From: a virus
Lineage: Duplodnaviria > Caudoviricetes
Strand: one strand, 5' to 3'
IMG/VR virus record: IMGVR_UViG_3300043036_000090
Coordinates: 1-47,140 of that record
DNA: 47,140 bases
The notes under the pieces are model-generated. The model had not been told where the DNA came from. It ran no database searches and worked only from the letters and a program-made list of their open reading frames with translations. The position numbers and the translations under genes were made by a program. This document shows positions 27,791-35,353 of the stretch, piece after piece (within the stretch, counting starts at the first letter, position 1; every line of letters begins with the position of its first letter).

Positions 27791-29791
27791 TTACAGGAAT
27801 ATCTCCCTTACGTCGTATAACTTTTTTGTTACTTCTTGTTTTTGAGCAAATCGAGAACCATTGGCTAACATTAATGTGTAGCCACTCGCCATTGTCGCAT
27901 CAAATTTAGTGGTTTTATTTATATCAAACTTCAACCAATCCAATAAAAGATTTTTGAATCTTACTTTTGACACATTTTCCTCCACATAAGTCTCGATTAA
28001 TTCAGCTATTTGTTGGTGTGTTTTTACTGTGGCAGATACACCAAACTTAGCTCCGTTCTTAAACAAGAACCTCTCATAACCTCTGTGCTCAAAGTATTTA
28101 ATTAAGCCAACCTTGTTATCCTCGGGAAGTATTGTGCAACCAAAGAAGTGACACAACTTAATCATATCCTCGTAAAATATTTCTGCTTTATCTGGTCGGT
28201 TAAGGTATTCGACAACAAACGTCTCACTTAGTTCGTGGATAGCGTCAAATGTTTTGTAAACGTATGCCGCACCATCAGACCGTTCTTTCGATGTTGTGAT
28301 GTTATGGTCGAACGGGTCACATCCAATAACAAACTTATTAGCTTCTATTGGGGCTTTCTTTGTTCCAAACTCCCTTACTTGATTGTAATAGTTTGAGTCA
28401 GTTGGATTTACACTAGCGTGTACCAAGAACTTTCCGTTAGAAGTTTTCTTGAAGACAACTTTACTGTCGCGCACACTACCTTCCCACATAAATTCGCCGC
28501 GAATATACAATTCTTTTTCGTCCATCCAAGAGATTGACTCTACTTGGCGGTTTAACTTCATCGCATCAAATAGACAAGATTCTGCTTCCGAAAAGAATGC
28601 CTCCTCAATTGTGAATGGATTCTTACGGATGTATGAAGCTAGCGCACGTGGGTCGTTTTCAAGTCCATTGCGAGAATTTATAAAATACTCTTTTCCTTTT
28701 ACCTCATCTGGAAAACCATATCTGTCGTAGTACAAGGTCTTGTAGGCAGGCATAAAGTATTGATATAATCCTGACTGAGTTCTTCCATTGGCATCCCTTT
28801 CGTTAATGTCAGACGCATTCCATAACTTTTGAAAAGCTTGACCACCATCCTCCATCTCCTCGACAGTAGTTGTGTAGAGTGCCTTACCAATAATACGTTC
28901 TTCTTCAAACAAGCAGAACTGAACGACTTGATGCCTATCGTAAACGTCTACACCCTTTGTCTTTCCTGCCTCATCTCCTAAATACCTGTGTAGCTTAGTT
29001 CCGTCATACGCAAATTTGTCGGCAGATTTAAACGTGATACCAGATTCTAACTCAATCTTTTTGTCAAAAAGTTCATCATCCTTGCCGCGCTTGTTTGTCT
29101 TAAAAAATCTAAGTTCCCCTTTGGGGGTCATACCCTTTTCAGTATCATAAATCGGAACAAAAAAATCGGGTAGGTACTTGAACGGCATTACAATTCCCTT
29201 TGCAAATACGTTGTCCTTAGCGTCCTCAAATGTCTTTGATTGAATGCCAGCGTTTTTATTTTTACTTCTAGAGGTGAGTTCAAACAAAAATGCACCTGCT
29301 CTCATAGTCTTACCCTGACGACGCTTAGTTACCTCTATCATTCCTAGAGCGCGTGGGTCTTGAACTACATATTCCAAAAAGTAAAAAAAGTCAACATCCG
29401 TCATACGGAAGTGAGGATATCCGACGTCTATTTTCCAATGTACCAGATAAAAATAATGTAGCCCAGTAACGTAAGTAGGCACACCATTGTTGTAAAACCA
29501 GTAACCGTTAAGTCGCCTATCCCACTCCTGATTGCGGTAGGCTTGTAGCTCTGGGTTGTAGTATTCCGAGTTTGTTTTTTGTGTAGCAATTTCTTTTTTT
29601 CGCTTAACGTCATAATCTGTAGGAGGCAGGGGTCTTTCCCAATATTGGTTTTCTTTACGAGCTGAACGCTTGACAATATCACGCTTCTCCCACTCGTTGG
29701 TAATTACGTTGTAAACAACTCCCGATGGCGGAATGTTAACAACTATCCCGTTTATTTCTTTTGTCGAGGAGTTCTTGTGAGTTCTATACAT
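27791..29791 (-). CDS. terL: Terminase large subunit
   Basis: Walker A KRRQGKT, Walker B YLGDEAGK, coupling motif TTT and nuclease motif IGCDPFD. Confidence 0.9.
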   Translation of the reverse strand: MYRTHKNSSTKEINGIVVNIPPSGVVYNVITNEWEKRDIVKRSARKENQYWERPLPPTDYDVKRKKEIATQKTNSEYYNPELQAYRNQEWDRRLNGYWFYNNGVPTYVTGLHYFYLVHWKIDVGYPHFRMTDVDFFYFLEYVVQDPRALGMIEVTKRRQGKTMRAGAFLFELTSRSKNKNAGIQSKTFEDAKDNVFAKGIVMPFKYLPDFFVPIYDTEKGMTPKGELRFFKTNKRGKDDELFDKKIELESGITFKSADKFAYDGTKLHRYLGDEAGKTKGVDVYDRHQVVQFCLFEEERIIGKALYTTTVEEMEDGGQAFQKLWNASDINERDANGRTQSGLYQYFMPAYKTLYYDRYGFPDEVKGKEYFINSRNGLENDPRALASYIRKNPFTIEEAFFSEAESCLFDAMKLNRQVESISWMDEKELYIRGEFMWEGSVRDSKVVFKKTSNGKFLVHASVNPTDSNYYNQVREFGTKKAPIEANKFVIGCDPFDHNITTSKERSDGAAYVYKTFDAIHELSETFVVEYLNRPDKAEIFYEDMIKLCHFFGCTILPEDNKVGLIKYFEHRGYERFLFKNGAKFGVSATVKTHQQIAELIETYVEENVSKVRFKNLLLDWLKFDINKTTKFDATMASGYTLMLANGSRFAQKQEVTKKLYDVREIFL

Positions 29792-30344
29792 TAGCTATCG
29801 ATTCAGGCGTGTAGTTAATAATCTTATCCTTCTTCAGCTGATTATCGCCAAACAATTTCTCTTCGTACGCTTCAATTCTTTTGATGATTGCGTCACACTC
29901 TCCCATCAGCTTTGACTTAATCTCAAGTGCCTGCAATTTATCCTTGTCATTCTTGAAATTTACGATAGGAGTTAAAAGTTCTTGCTGGTATTGCCATAGA
30001 ACCTCCTCGTTGGCTGCGAGAATAGCCCATATTTTCGACGATTGATGCTTCAGGTATACATTGATATACCCTAGTAATTTATCGTCGCTTAAATCAAAGA
30101 TATGAGTGTTGTCACCTTTTAGTCCAGCCATCTCTGCGCACTCCTCTTTTCTCTCAACAATGTCAGGAATCTTTAATCTCATTGGAGACTTGATGTCGTA
30201 GAGTAGTGCAACGTATTCGATTAGCGGAATATCGTCCTTGCTAACCTTTCCGAAGATTTGATTTACAACGGGGTCTTTCTCTAAATTCTTTTGTCCAACA
30301 GGAATTATAATCCTACTGAATTCTTCATCTGTAAATGATGCCAT
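29784..30344 (-). CDS. Putative terminase small subunit
   Basis: 186-aa helical protein whose end overlaps the terL start. Call is positional. Confidence 0.5.
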   Translation of the reverse strand: MASFTDEEFSRIIIPVGQKNLEKDPVVNQIFGKVSKDDIPLIEYVALLYDIKSPMRLKIPDIVERKEECAEMAGLKGDNTHIFDLSDDKLLGYINVYLKHQSSKIWAILAANEEVLWQYQQELLTPIVNFKNDKDKLQALEIKSKLMGECDAIIKRIEAYEEKLFGDNQLKKDKIINYTPESIANV

Positions 30345-30449
30345 AGTTATTATTTTTTGGGCGGCGCGGCGGCGGAACCTAACCTGTTTGGCTTTCGCGT
30401 TAGTAGGTCTTTTAGGGTTGATAAAAACATATCAGTTTGCTGGCGCGTC

Positions 30450-30551
30450 AGTGCCTTTATTATTTTACTTTCCTTTCCTTTCCTTTCCTTGCATTCTGAT
30501 TGGCATAGCAAATGCAATGCAAATGCATATGCAAATGCATACCAAAAGTGC
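30450..30551. repeat. Intergenic iteron array plus (TTTCC)n tract resembling the origin in the initiator gene
   Basis: GCAAATGC at 30508, 30519 and 30531. CTTTCCTTTCCTTGCAT (30478-30494) is the exact reverse complement of 38249-38265. Confidence 0.8.
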
Positions 30552-30552
30552 G

Positions 30553-31194
30553 TTATTTTACTCCTAAGAGGTATTGCTGTTTTACCGTGTAGTAGTCCTT
30601 GCCTTCAATTTTGTTAGTAAAGTTTGAATTTTTTGCAAGAATTACTGTTTGACCTACCTTTGCAAGCACTGGATATTCCTCGCCAACTGGCTTACCAATG
30701 TAACGCAAAATAGCGTAGTCAACAGATGGCTTTTTAGTGATAGATGTTATCAATCCTGAGTCACTCATTACCGCTTCAATCTTCCTGCCACCAACTTCAA
30801 ACGTGTCAAAGTTCTGGTCAACCGTTTGCTCGCAGAGAGTCCAACCTCCAACAGGTAATATGTTACCGTTCCTGACGCTACAAAAAACCCAATAATAAGG
30901 TACTTTATAATAGTTGCCGTAGATACAGTTCGCTTCATCGCTAGTTACTAAATAATGAAAGTATATGATGTCTCCCACCTCAACCTTGTCGTTAATCGTC
31001 TTTCCCTCCTCATCCCACGTTCTTCCGTCTGGTAAGGCAATCACTCTACCGTATATTCTAGCGTGGTGTGTGGGGTTAAATTCAGGGTCTATATGGAGCG
31101 TCATTTCACCAAAGGTAACGGTGTCCTCTAACGACTTTCCAACCTCAACAATGACCGTGTTTGGCGGCGCTTGTTTGATGTCATATTTGAGCAT
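30553..31194 (-). CDS. Tandem GroES-like co-chaperonin
   Basis: Two Cpn10-like units: P..TVIVE..GRVIALP..VEVGDIIYF and PVGGWTL..SGLI..KVGQTVI..KIEGKDYYTVKQQYLLGV. Confidence 0.6.
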   Translation of the reverse strand: MLKYDIKQAPPNTVIVEVGKSLEDTVTFGEMTLHIDPEFNPTHHARIYGRVIALPDGRTWDEEGKTINDKVEVGDIIYFHYLVTSDEANCIYGNYYKVPYYWVFCSVRNGNILPVGGWTLCEQTVDQNFDTFEVGGRKIEAVMSDSGLITSITKKPSVDYAILRYIGKPVGEEYPVLAKVGQTVILAKNSNFTNKIEGKDYYTVKQQYLLGVK

Positions 31195-31221
31195 TGTTAT
31201 ATATTGTTTGGTTTATATGTC

Positions 31222-31253
31222 CAAAGGTAGTGATTAGTGTTGAATGTTGCAAT
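31222..31253 (-). promoter_or_regulatory. Leftward (late-arm) promoter
   Basis: ATTG (31253-31250), 20-bp spacer, TACCTTTG (31229-31222). Confidence 0.65.
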
Positions 31254-31891
31254 TTTTTATGTAGTGCGTAGTTGTGTTCGGAAGGTTATATATAGTATAC
31301 AACGGGTCAGCAATCAAAGAATGAATCGAAAATCCTAGATGGGGTGGGTCTACTTTCCCAAACCAAATTCCAAAAATTACCCTGTCAATCAGTAATATAT
31401 TACCGACAATTTCCAAACACCCTACCTCCCTACTAGATTGATAGACAACTACTTACCTCATTAGTCCATCAGTTCACTAGGAAAGAAAACATACCCTACA
31501 AGGCAGGATAAAAAATATCTTTTGTAGGTGTACGTGAGGAGATGTCTGCTAGGGGAATTACCCGCCGAACATACCGCCCCCCAAAATGACCCCCCAACAT
31601 CTAAACATATCAATATGATTTTTCCAAGTGTGAAATTGTACAAAACAAAGCGTTCGATTTAAGCCACCATATCTTTGATTTAAGACACTTTGCCCCCTCA
31701 AATGTCCATTCTATCCACCCTAGTAAAGATAATTCATTAGACGCAAAATCGGGGTCTAAAAATGCTCCTATTTAACCGCGCGTACGCGTAATTCAGTATA
31801 TACGCGAGAAGACCTATTGCATTCTTCTTGATAATGTGCAATTTCCTCAAAATCTGTTGTACTATTCTCATATTTTAATCATTTTAAAGGA

Positions 31892-31920
31892 TTTCGTCTA
31901 CACATTTGCCCTATATGTCG
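31892..31920 (+). promoter_or_regulatory. Putative operator/activator site, copy 1
   Basis: TTTCGTCTACACA-N9-TATGTCG, repeated with identical spacing at 35018-35046. Confidence 0.5.
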
Positions 31921-31969
31921 GCACATTCTACCATTTCGTCTCATCGCCTTGTATTATCTAATCTGACCT

Positions 31970-32000
31970 ATTGCACTCTAAAGAAATCCCATTACCTTTG
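31970..32000 (+). promoter_or_regulatory. Rightward early promoter
   Basis: ATTG (31970-31973), 19-bp spacer, TACCTTTG (31993-32000). Predicted transcription start near 32005. Confidence 0.7.
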
Positions 32001-32004
32001 TCTT

Positions 32005-32323
32005 GTTGTCAGGGAAAAATGAGATACTTGATGACTAGGGTTAAAGAATCCTACAATGTTAAGGTCTACCCGAAAGGGTCTTAGCGACAGGTCTAACCCA
32101 CCTTTGGAAACGACAAAAGACACCACGTTATTACGGAAGTAGGCGGTTGGCTCGATTGGGATAGTAATATCCAATGGCATTGGTTTGAAGTTCTAGAAGA
32201 AAGGGTTGCTAAATAAACCCATCGCTGAGTAAACGGCGTCACAAAATCCCCACCCGTGCAAGGGTTATGCACAAGCGTACGATTGGAAAGGTTAACGGCG
32301 GTTCGATTCCGCTACCAATCGCT
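32005..32323 (+). ncRNA. Highly structured leader/ncRNA ending in a tRNA-like T-arm/acceptor domain
   Basis: Back-to-back stems at 32005-32035, 32036-32053, 32057-32086 (GAAA loop), 32131-32142 (GGAA), 32155-32175 (GTAA), 32203-32220, 32223-32238 and 32252-32265. These are followed by CGATTGG..GGCGG-TTCGATT-CCGCT-A-CCAATCG. Confidence 0.65.
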
Positions 32324-32325
32324 AC

Positions 32326-32347
32326 CCTTTTGGTGTAGGTCAACCAA
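32326..32347 (+). promoter_or_regulatory. Early-gene leader hairpin/pseudoknot, copy 1
   Basis: CCT-T-TTGGT-GT-AGG-TCA-ACCAA, 12 nt before ATG 32360. Confidence 0.75.
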
Positions 32348-32359
32348 CTTGAAAAAATT

Positions 32360-32902
32360 ATGTTACAATCAGCAAAAAACCTAGTAAAATTTGTAGAAAA
32401 AGTAAAGCCAAACGAAGACGCAATCATCTCAATGGGCATCAGAAATGATGGCGAAATTGATGCATTCTTCTACCTTCACAAGGGTAATGGTCGTGAGATA
32501 TTTGCTAAGCTAATACATTGCGCAACATTGCAGTTAGTACAGCGCGACACCGACAAGTACATTGACCTAGAGGGTATGTATGAGGGGTATAAGCTACGGG
32601 TTACGTTCTTAAATGAGCGTGACCAAGTTTGGGTTGACCCGAAAGAGGGATATCCTGAGGCGGTAAAGAATTGCGAATATTGGAACTATTTAACTGCTGA
32701 AGAGTGGAAGTCGTTTATGAAGGAGTTCTACTCAATTAACAAGTACGTAGGTCAAGAGGGTACGGGGGCATTCCAAAAGTACCTAAAGGAAAAAGCAGAC
32801 AAAGGTTTCCGCTCAATAATTATGGGAGCATTTATATTTGCCAACACATCTGAAGAGAATGTGTGGTATGAAATATGTGACCGCACTCAACCAATCGTTT
32901 AA
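32360..32902 (+). CDS. Early hypothetical protein (180 aa)
   Basis: First ORF of the rightward arm. Confidence 0.7.
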   Translation: MLQSAKNLVKFVEKVKPNEDAIISMGIRNDGEIDAFFYLHKGNGREIFAKLIHCATLQLVQRDTDKYIDLEGMYEGYKLRVTFLNERDQVWVDPKEGYPEAVKNCEYWNYLTAEEWKSFMKEFYSINKYVGQEGTGAFQKYLKEKADKGFRSIIMGAFIFANTSEENVWYEICDRTQPIV

Positions 32903-32926
32903 CAATTTATCACTAACAACAATTAA

Positions 32927-32950
32927 CCTTGCGGTGTATAGGCAACCGCA
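32927..32950 (+). promoter_or_regulatory. Leader element, copy 2
   Basis: CCT-TGCGGT-GTAT-AGG-CA-ACCGCA, 8 nt before ATG 32959. Confidence 0.8.
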
Positions 32951-32958
32951 TAACTTTT

Positions 32959-33141
32959 ATGAAAACTTTTATCTATTCATTAATCATTTCATTTGTTGTA
33001 TTGTACGTAGGCATTGCATTCGTATCATTCGATATCAACTTCCTAGCAGTAGCGGGAACGGCGGGTCGTTTTGCATTGCTATTCTTCACGCTAATCTTTG
33101 CGGTGCTAGGCACAATATGCATCGAGGAGACTAGAGACTAG
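32959..33141 (+). CDS. Small two-TM membrane protein (60 aa)
   Basis: MKTFIYSLIISFVVLYVGIAF...FALLFFTLIFAVLGTICI. Start re-assigned to the ATG after the leader element. Confidence 0.7.
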   Translation: MKTFIYSLIISFVVLYVGIAFVSFDINFLAVAGTAGRFALLFFTLIFAVLGTICIEETRD

Positions 33142-33190
33142 TGTAACTGACGAGGCTTGATGAGCCGAAACGCCTACGGGCGTCTTACAC
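33141..33190 (+). ncRNA. Hammerhead ribozyme, type I
   Basis: Stem I GTGTAA/TTACAC, core CTGACGA, stem II GGCT/AGCC, GAAA, stem III CGCC-TACG-GGCG. Cleavage triplet GTC with the predicted cut after C33184. Confidence 0.93.
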
Positions 33191-33198
33191 AAACTTAT

Positions 33199-33220
33199 CC
33201 TTTCGGTGTAGGTAACCGAA
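33199..33220 (+). promoter_or_regulatory. Leader element, copy 3
   Basis: CCT-TTCGGT-GT-AGG-TA-ACCGAA, 10 nt before ATG 33231. Confidence 0.78.
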
Positions 33221-33230
33221 ACCAAACATT

Positions 33231-34163
33231 ATGTCAGTATCAAGAAATGCAACACGTCAAATCAATTCATTGTTGAACGCTCAAGGCAACGAGTCAATGT
33301 TCGCACAACGCACCAAGAGTGTAGATGACCTATTAGCTAAGTCATCCCAAGACAACGTATTCGTGACCAACGAAGTTATTCAAATGCAAGAGTTAGTCGG
33401 TATGCCGACACGCAAGGGACTAGAGCAGGGGATTGTATCCAACGGCAAGCTAGTTAATGTGGTATCCAAGTCATACGGACACCTGCCTAACGAGGTATTC
33501 TTTTTAGAGGCTGAGCGCAAGTTGATTGACGCGGACATCTATTACAAGTCACGCTCAATCAATCGTGATGACCGCTCCTTTGCAGTTGATTATGTGCTAG
33601 CAGATGACCGCTACAAAATTGAGGTTAAGGGAGACAAGGATATCCTATTCCCAATGCTACGCTTCACTAACTCGTACGACGGGTCAAACAAGACTAGCGG
33701 TTCATTTGGAATGTATCGCAAGGTATGTGACAATGGCTTATGCATTGCACAAACGCAGATTGGATTCAGCGTAAAACATACGGGTTCAATCGCTGAGATT
33801 GTCTTACCTAAGTTAGACGAATTGGTAGCCAACTTTATGGACAACGAGTTCTTTTCGCTCAAGAAGAAGTTTGACCTACTAGCTGAGGCGCGTGTGTTAA
33901 ATGTAGAGAAGTACGTGCAAGACATCAACAAGAAGTTGAGCCTAATCAAGTACGAGTCATCAGACAAGAATCCTGCACCTAGCTTGAACGCTCGCTTTAT
34001 CCTAGATGTAGTGAACCGCGAGACTAAGCAGTTGAACGTTCGCCCTAACAAGTGGATTGTGTACAACGCTTTCAACGAGTTACTGCACAACAAATTGCAG
34101 AAGACTTTTGACCAACAAAAGACTATCGATGAGCGTTTGTTTGACCTTATCCTTGCATCTTAA
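33231..34163 (+). CDS. DUF932/DUF945-like phage/plasmid protein
   Basis: VVSKSYGHLPN, LRFTNSYDGS, RKVCDNGL, KHTG and WIVYNAFNE motifs. Confidence 0.75.
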   Translation: MSVSRNATRQINSLLNAQGNESMFAQRTKSVDDLLAKSSQDNVFVTNEVIQMQELVGMPTRKGLEQGIVSNGKLVNVVSKSYGHLPNEVFFLEAERKLIDADIYYKSRSINRDDRSFAVDYVLADDRYKIEVKGDKDILFPMLRFTNSYDGSNKTSGSFGMYRKVCDNGLCIAQTQIGFSVKHTGSIAEIVLPKLDELVANFMDNEFFSLKKKFDLLAEARVLNVEKYVQDINKKLSLIKYESSDKNPAPSLNARFILDVVNRETKQLNVRPNKWIVYNAFNELLHNKLQKTFDQQKTIDERLFDLILAS

Positions 34164-34184
34164 TTTTCCACTAGCAACAATTAA

Positions 34185-34208
34185 CCTTGCGGTGTATAGG
34201 CAACCGCA
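34185..34208 (+). promoter_or_regulatory. Leader element, copy 4
   Basis: Identical to copy 2. 34169-34210 matches 32911-32952 at 41/42 nt. Lies 11 nt before ATG 34220. Confidence 0.8.
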
Positions 34209-34219
34209 TATTATCTAAT

Positions 34220-34495
34220 ATGAAAACACAATTCGAACAAGCGGTTGAGCAAGCTAGATTAGGTAATCTACGTACGCCAAAAGTTTTTGCGGGAAATGGT
34301 AACGTTGATTATTTCTCATATCAATTAGCGGTACACAAATTCAACCTAAGCATTATGGCTTCGGGTATGACTTGTAATGGAATCAAGTTTACGGATATCA
34401 AAAATTACTACGGACTCAAGGGTCGTTCGGCAAAGGCTTGCCTACCACAATTCCTAGAGGTATTTGAATCTTACAAGCAATCACTAAACAACTAA
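34220..34495 (+). CDS. Early hypothetical protein (91 aa)
   Basis: MKTQFEQAVEQARL..., start re-assigned to the ATG after the leader element. Confidence 0.7.
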   Translation: MKTQFEQAVEQARLGNLRTPKVFAGNGNVDYFSYQLAVHKFNLSIMASGMTCNGIKFTDIKNYYGLKGRSAKACLPQFLEVFESYKQSLNN

Positions 34496-34502
34496 AAATA
34501 AA

Positions 34503-34526
34503 CCTTGCGGTGCATAGGTCAACCGC
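34503..34526 (+). promoter_or_regulatory. Leader element, copy 5
   Basis: CCT-T-GCGGT-GCAT-AGG-TCA-ACCGC, 8 nt before ATG 34535. Confidence 0.8.
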
Positions 34527-34534
34527 TAACTATT

Positions 34535-34750
34535 ATGCAAAATAAAAAACCATTGACCGCAAAAAAGTTACTAGAATTTTTATTAGAAACTGAGAAGCAA
34601 TTTGATTTGAGCAATGTGCATATCTATTATAGATACGATAGGGATTCAGAAGAGGAGGTAGTTTATGAGGTAGAAGAAGACCTATACGATGAAGATGATA
34701 ACGCGACGCTCACATCTATTATGTTCTATACAAATAGCGAAGAGATTTAA
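34535..34750 (+). CDS. Small acidic early protein (71 aa)
   Basis: MQNKKPLTAKKLLEFL...DSEEEVVYEVEEDLYDEDD. Confidence 0.7.
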   Translation: MQNKKPLTAKKLLEFLLETEKQFDLSNVHIYYRYDRDSEEEVVYEVEEDLYDEDDNATLTSIMFYTNSEEI

Positions 34751-34758
34751 AACTAAAA

Positions 34759-34781
34759 CCTTGCGGTGGTGGTCAACCGCA
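34759..34781 (+). promoter_or_regulatory. Leader element, copy 6
   Basis: CCT-TGCGGT-GGT-GG-TCA-ACCGCA, 7 nt before ATG 34789. Confidence 0.78.
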
Positions 34782-34788
34782 TAAGAAA

Positions 34789-35067
34789 ATGCCTAGATGG
34801 AATGATGAATCCCTAAGAGTTTACAAGGAGAACTCGCAAATAGTTATCCTAGCAAGAAAGTATTCGGAAAAGCATTGGTATAAGTGCGATGCCAACGAAG
34901 AGCATACCAAGATATATAATCTATGCAAGTACGCCATATTCAACGACCAACTTACAATCAAGCAAGCGGGTTGGCTGAAGGCATACCTTCGCCGAAACAA
35001 CGTTGACGAATCTGAACTTTCGTCTACACAAATAGCACTTATGTCGACTAATTCGGCACAACAATAA
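34789..35067 (+). CDS. Early hypothetical protein (92 aa)
   Basis: ORF following a leader element. Confidence 0.65.
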   Translation: MPRWNDESLRVYKENSQIVILARKYSEKHWYKCDANEEHTKIYNLCKYAIFNDQLTIKQAGWLKAYLRRNNVDESELSSTQIALMSTNSAQQ

Positions 35068-35084
35068 TATCCGTCCTAAATTTG
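35018..35084 (+). promoter_or_regulatory. Operator-like repeat copy 2 plus -7 box TAAATTTG
   Basis: TTTCGTCTACACA-N9-TATGTCG (35018-35046) and TAAATTTG at 35077-35084. The -33 element is weak (TTCG). Confidence 0.5.
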
Positions 35085-35109
35085 GGCATCAACTAAAACA
35101 AACAACATT

Positions 35110-35307
35110 ATGGAATCTAAATATGATTACGACTTTTTTTTATTTAGTCAATTGGTTTACGCTCAAGGAGATAAGCTAAGTGAATTAGAGTACGACTATG
35201 CATTTGAAGAAATTGTCATTTTATACAAGGACTTTTTAGCATCAAAATTTAACGTATCAACCAAAGGGTTATACGAATGTATTGTCGACTATCTTAATCA
35301 AATGTAA
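35110..35307 (+). CDS. Small acidic hypothetical protein (65 aa)
   Basis: ORF with A/C-rich leader. Confidence 0.65.
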   Translation: MESKYDYDFFLFSQLVYAQGDKLSELEYDYAFEEIVILYKDFLASKFNVSTKGLYECIVDYLNQM

Positions 35308-35317
35308 TAATCTAAAA

Positions 35318-35341
35318 CCTCACGATGTATGGGACAATCGT
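35318..35341 (+). promoter_or_regulatory. Leader element, copy 7
   Basis: CCT-C-ACGAT-GTAT-GGG-ACA-ATCGT with compensatory stem changes, 12 nt before ATG 35354. Confidence 0.75.
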
Positions 35342-35353
35342 AGATTATCTAAT

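Noticed and set aside
23018-29791. Introns or inteins in terL, portal or capsid genes
   Set aside because: The ORFs are continuous, of expected size, and without intein motifs. The HNH gene is intergenic.
30357-30617. 86-aa plus-strand ORF with NANAYANAY
   Set aside because: It is the translation of the iteron array on the strand opposite the late operon, with a TTG start and no leader.
32005-32325. tmRNA or intron-containing tRNA (second CGATTGG at 32153 as the 5' acceptor strand)
   Set aside because: No GGGG 5' end, G3-U70 pair, terminal CCA or tag ORF. The 32155-32175 segment forms its own local hairpin.
32929-34534. ORF-track N-termini MRCIGNR/MRCIGQ at 32929, 34187 and 34505 as a shared peptide motif
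   Set aside because: Artefact of TTG starts inside the repeated leader element. The true starts are the downstream ATGs.
35315-35345. CCTCACG resembling the L3 loop of an HDV-like/theta ribozyme
   Set aside because: P1/P2/P3 and the catalytic J4/2 strand could not be built. The sequence fits the repeated leader motif instead.
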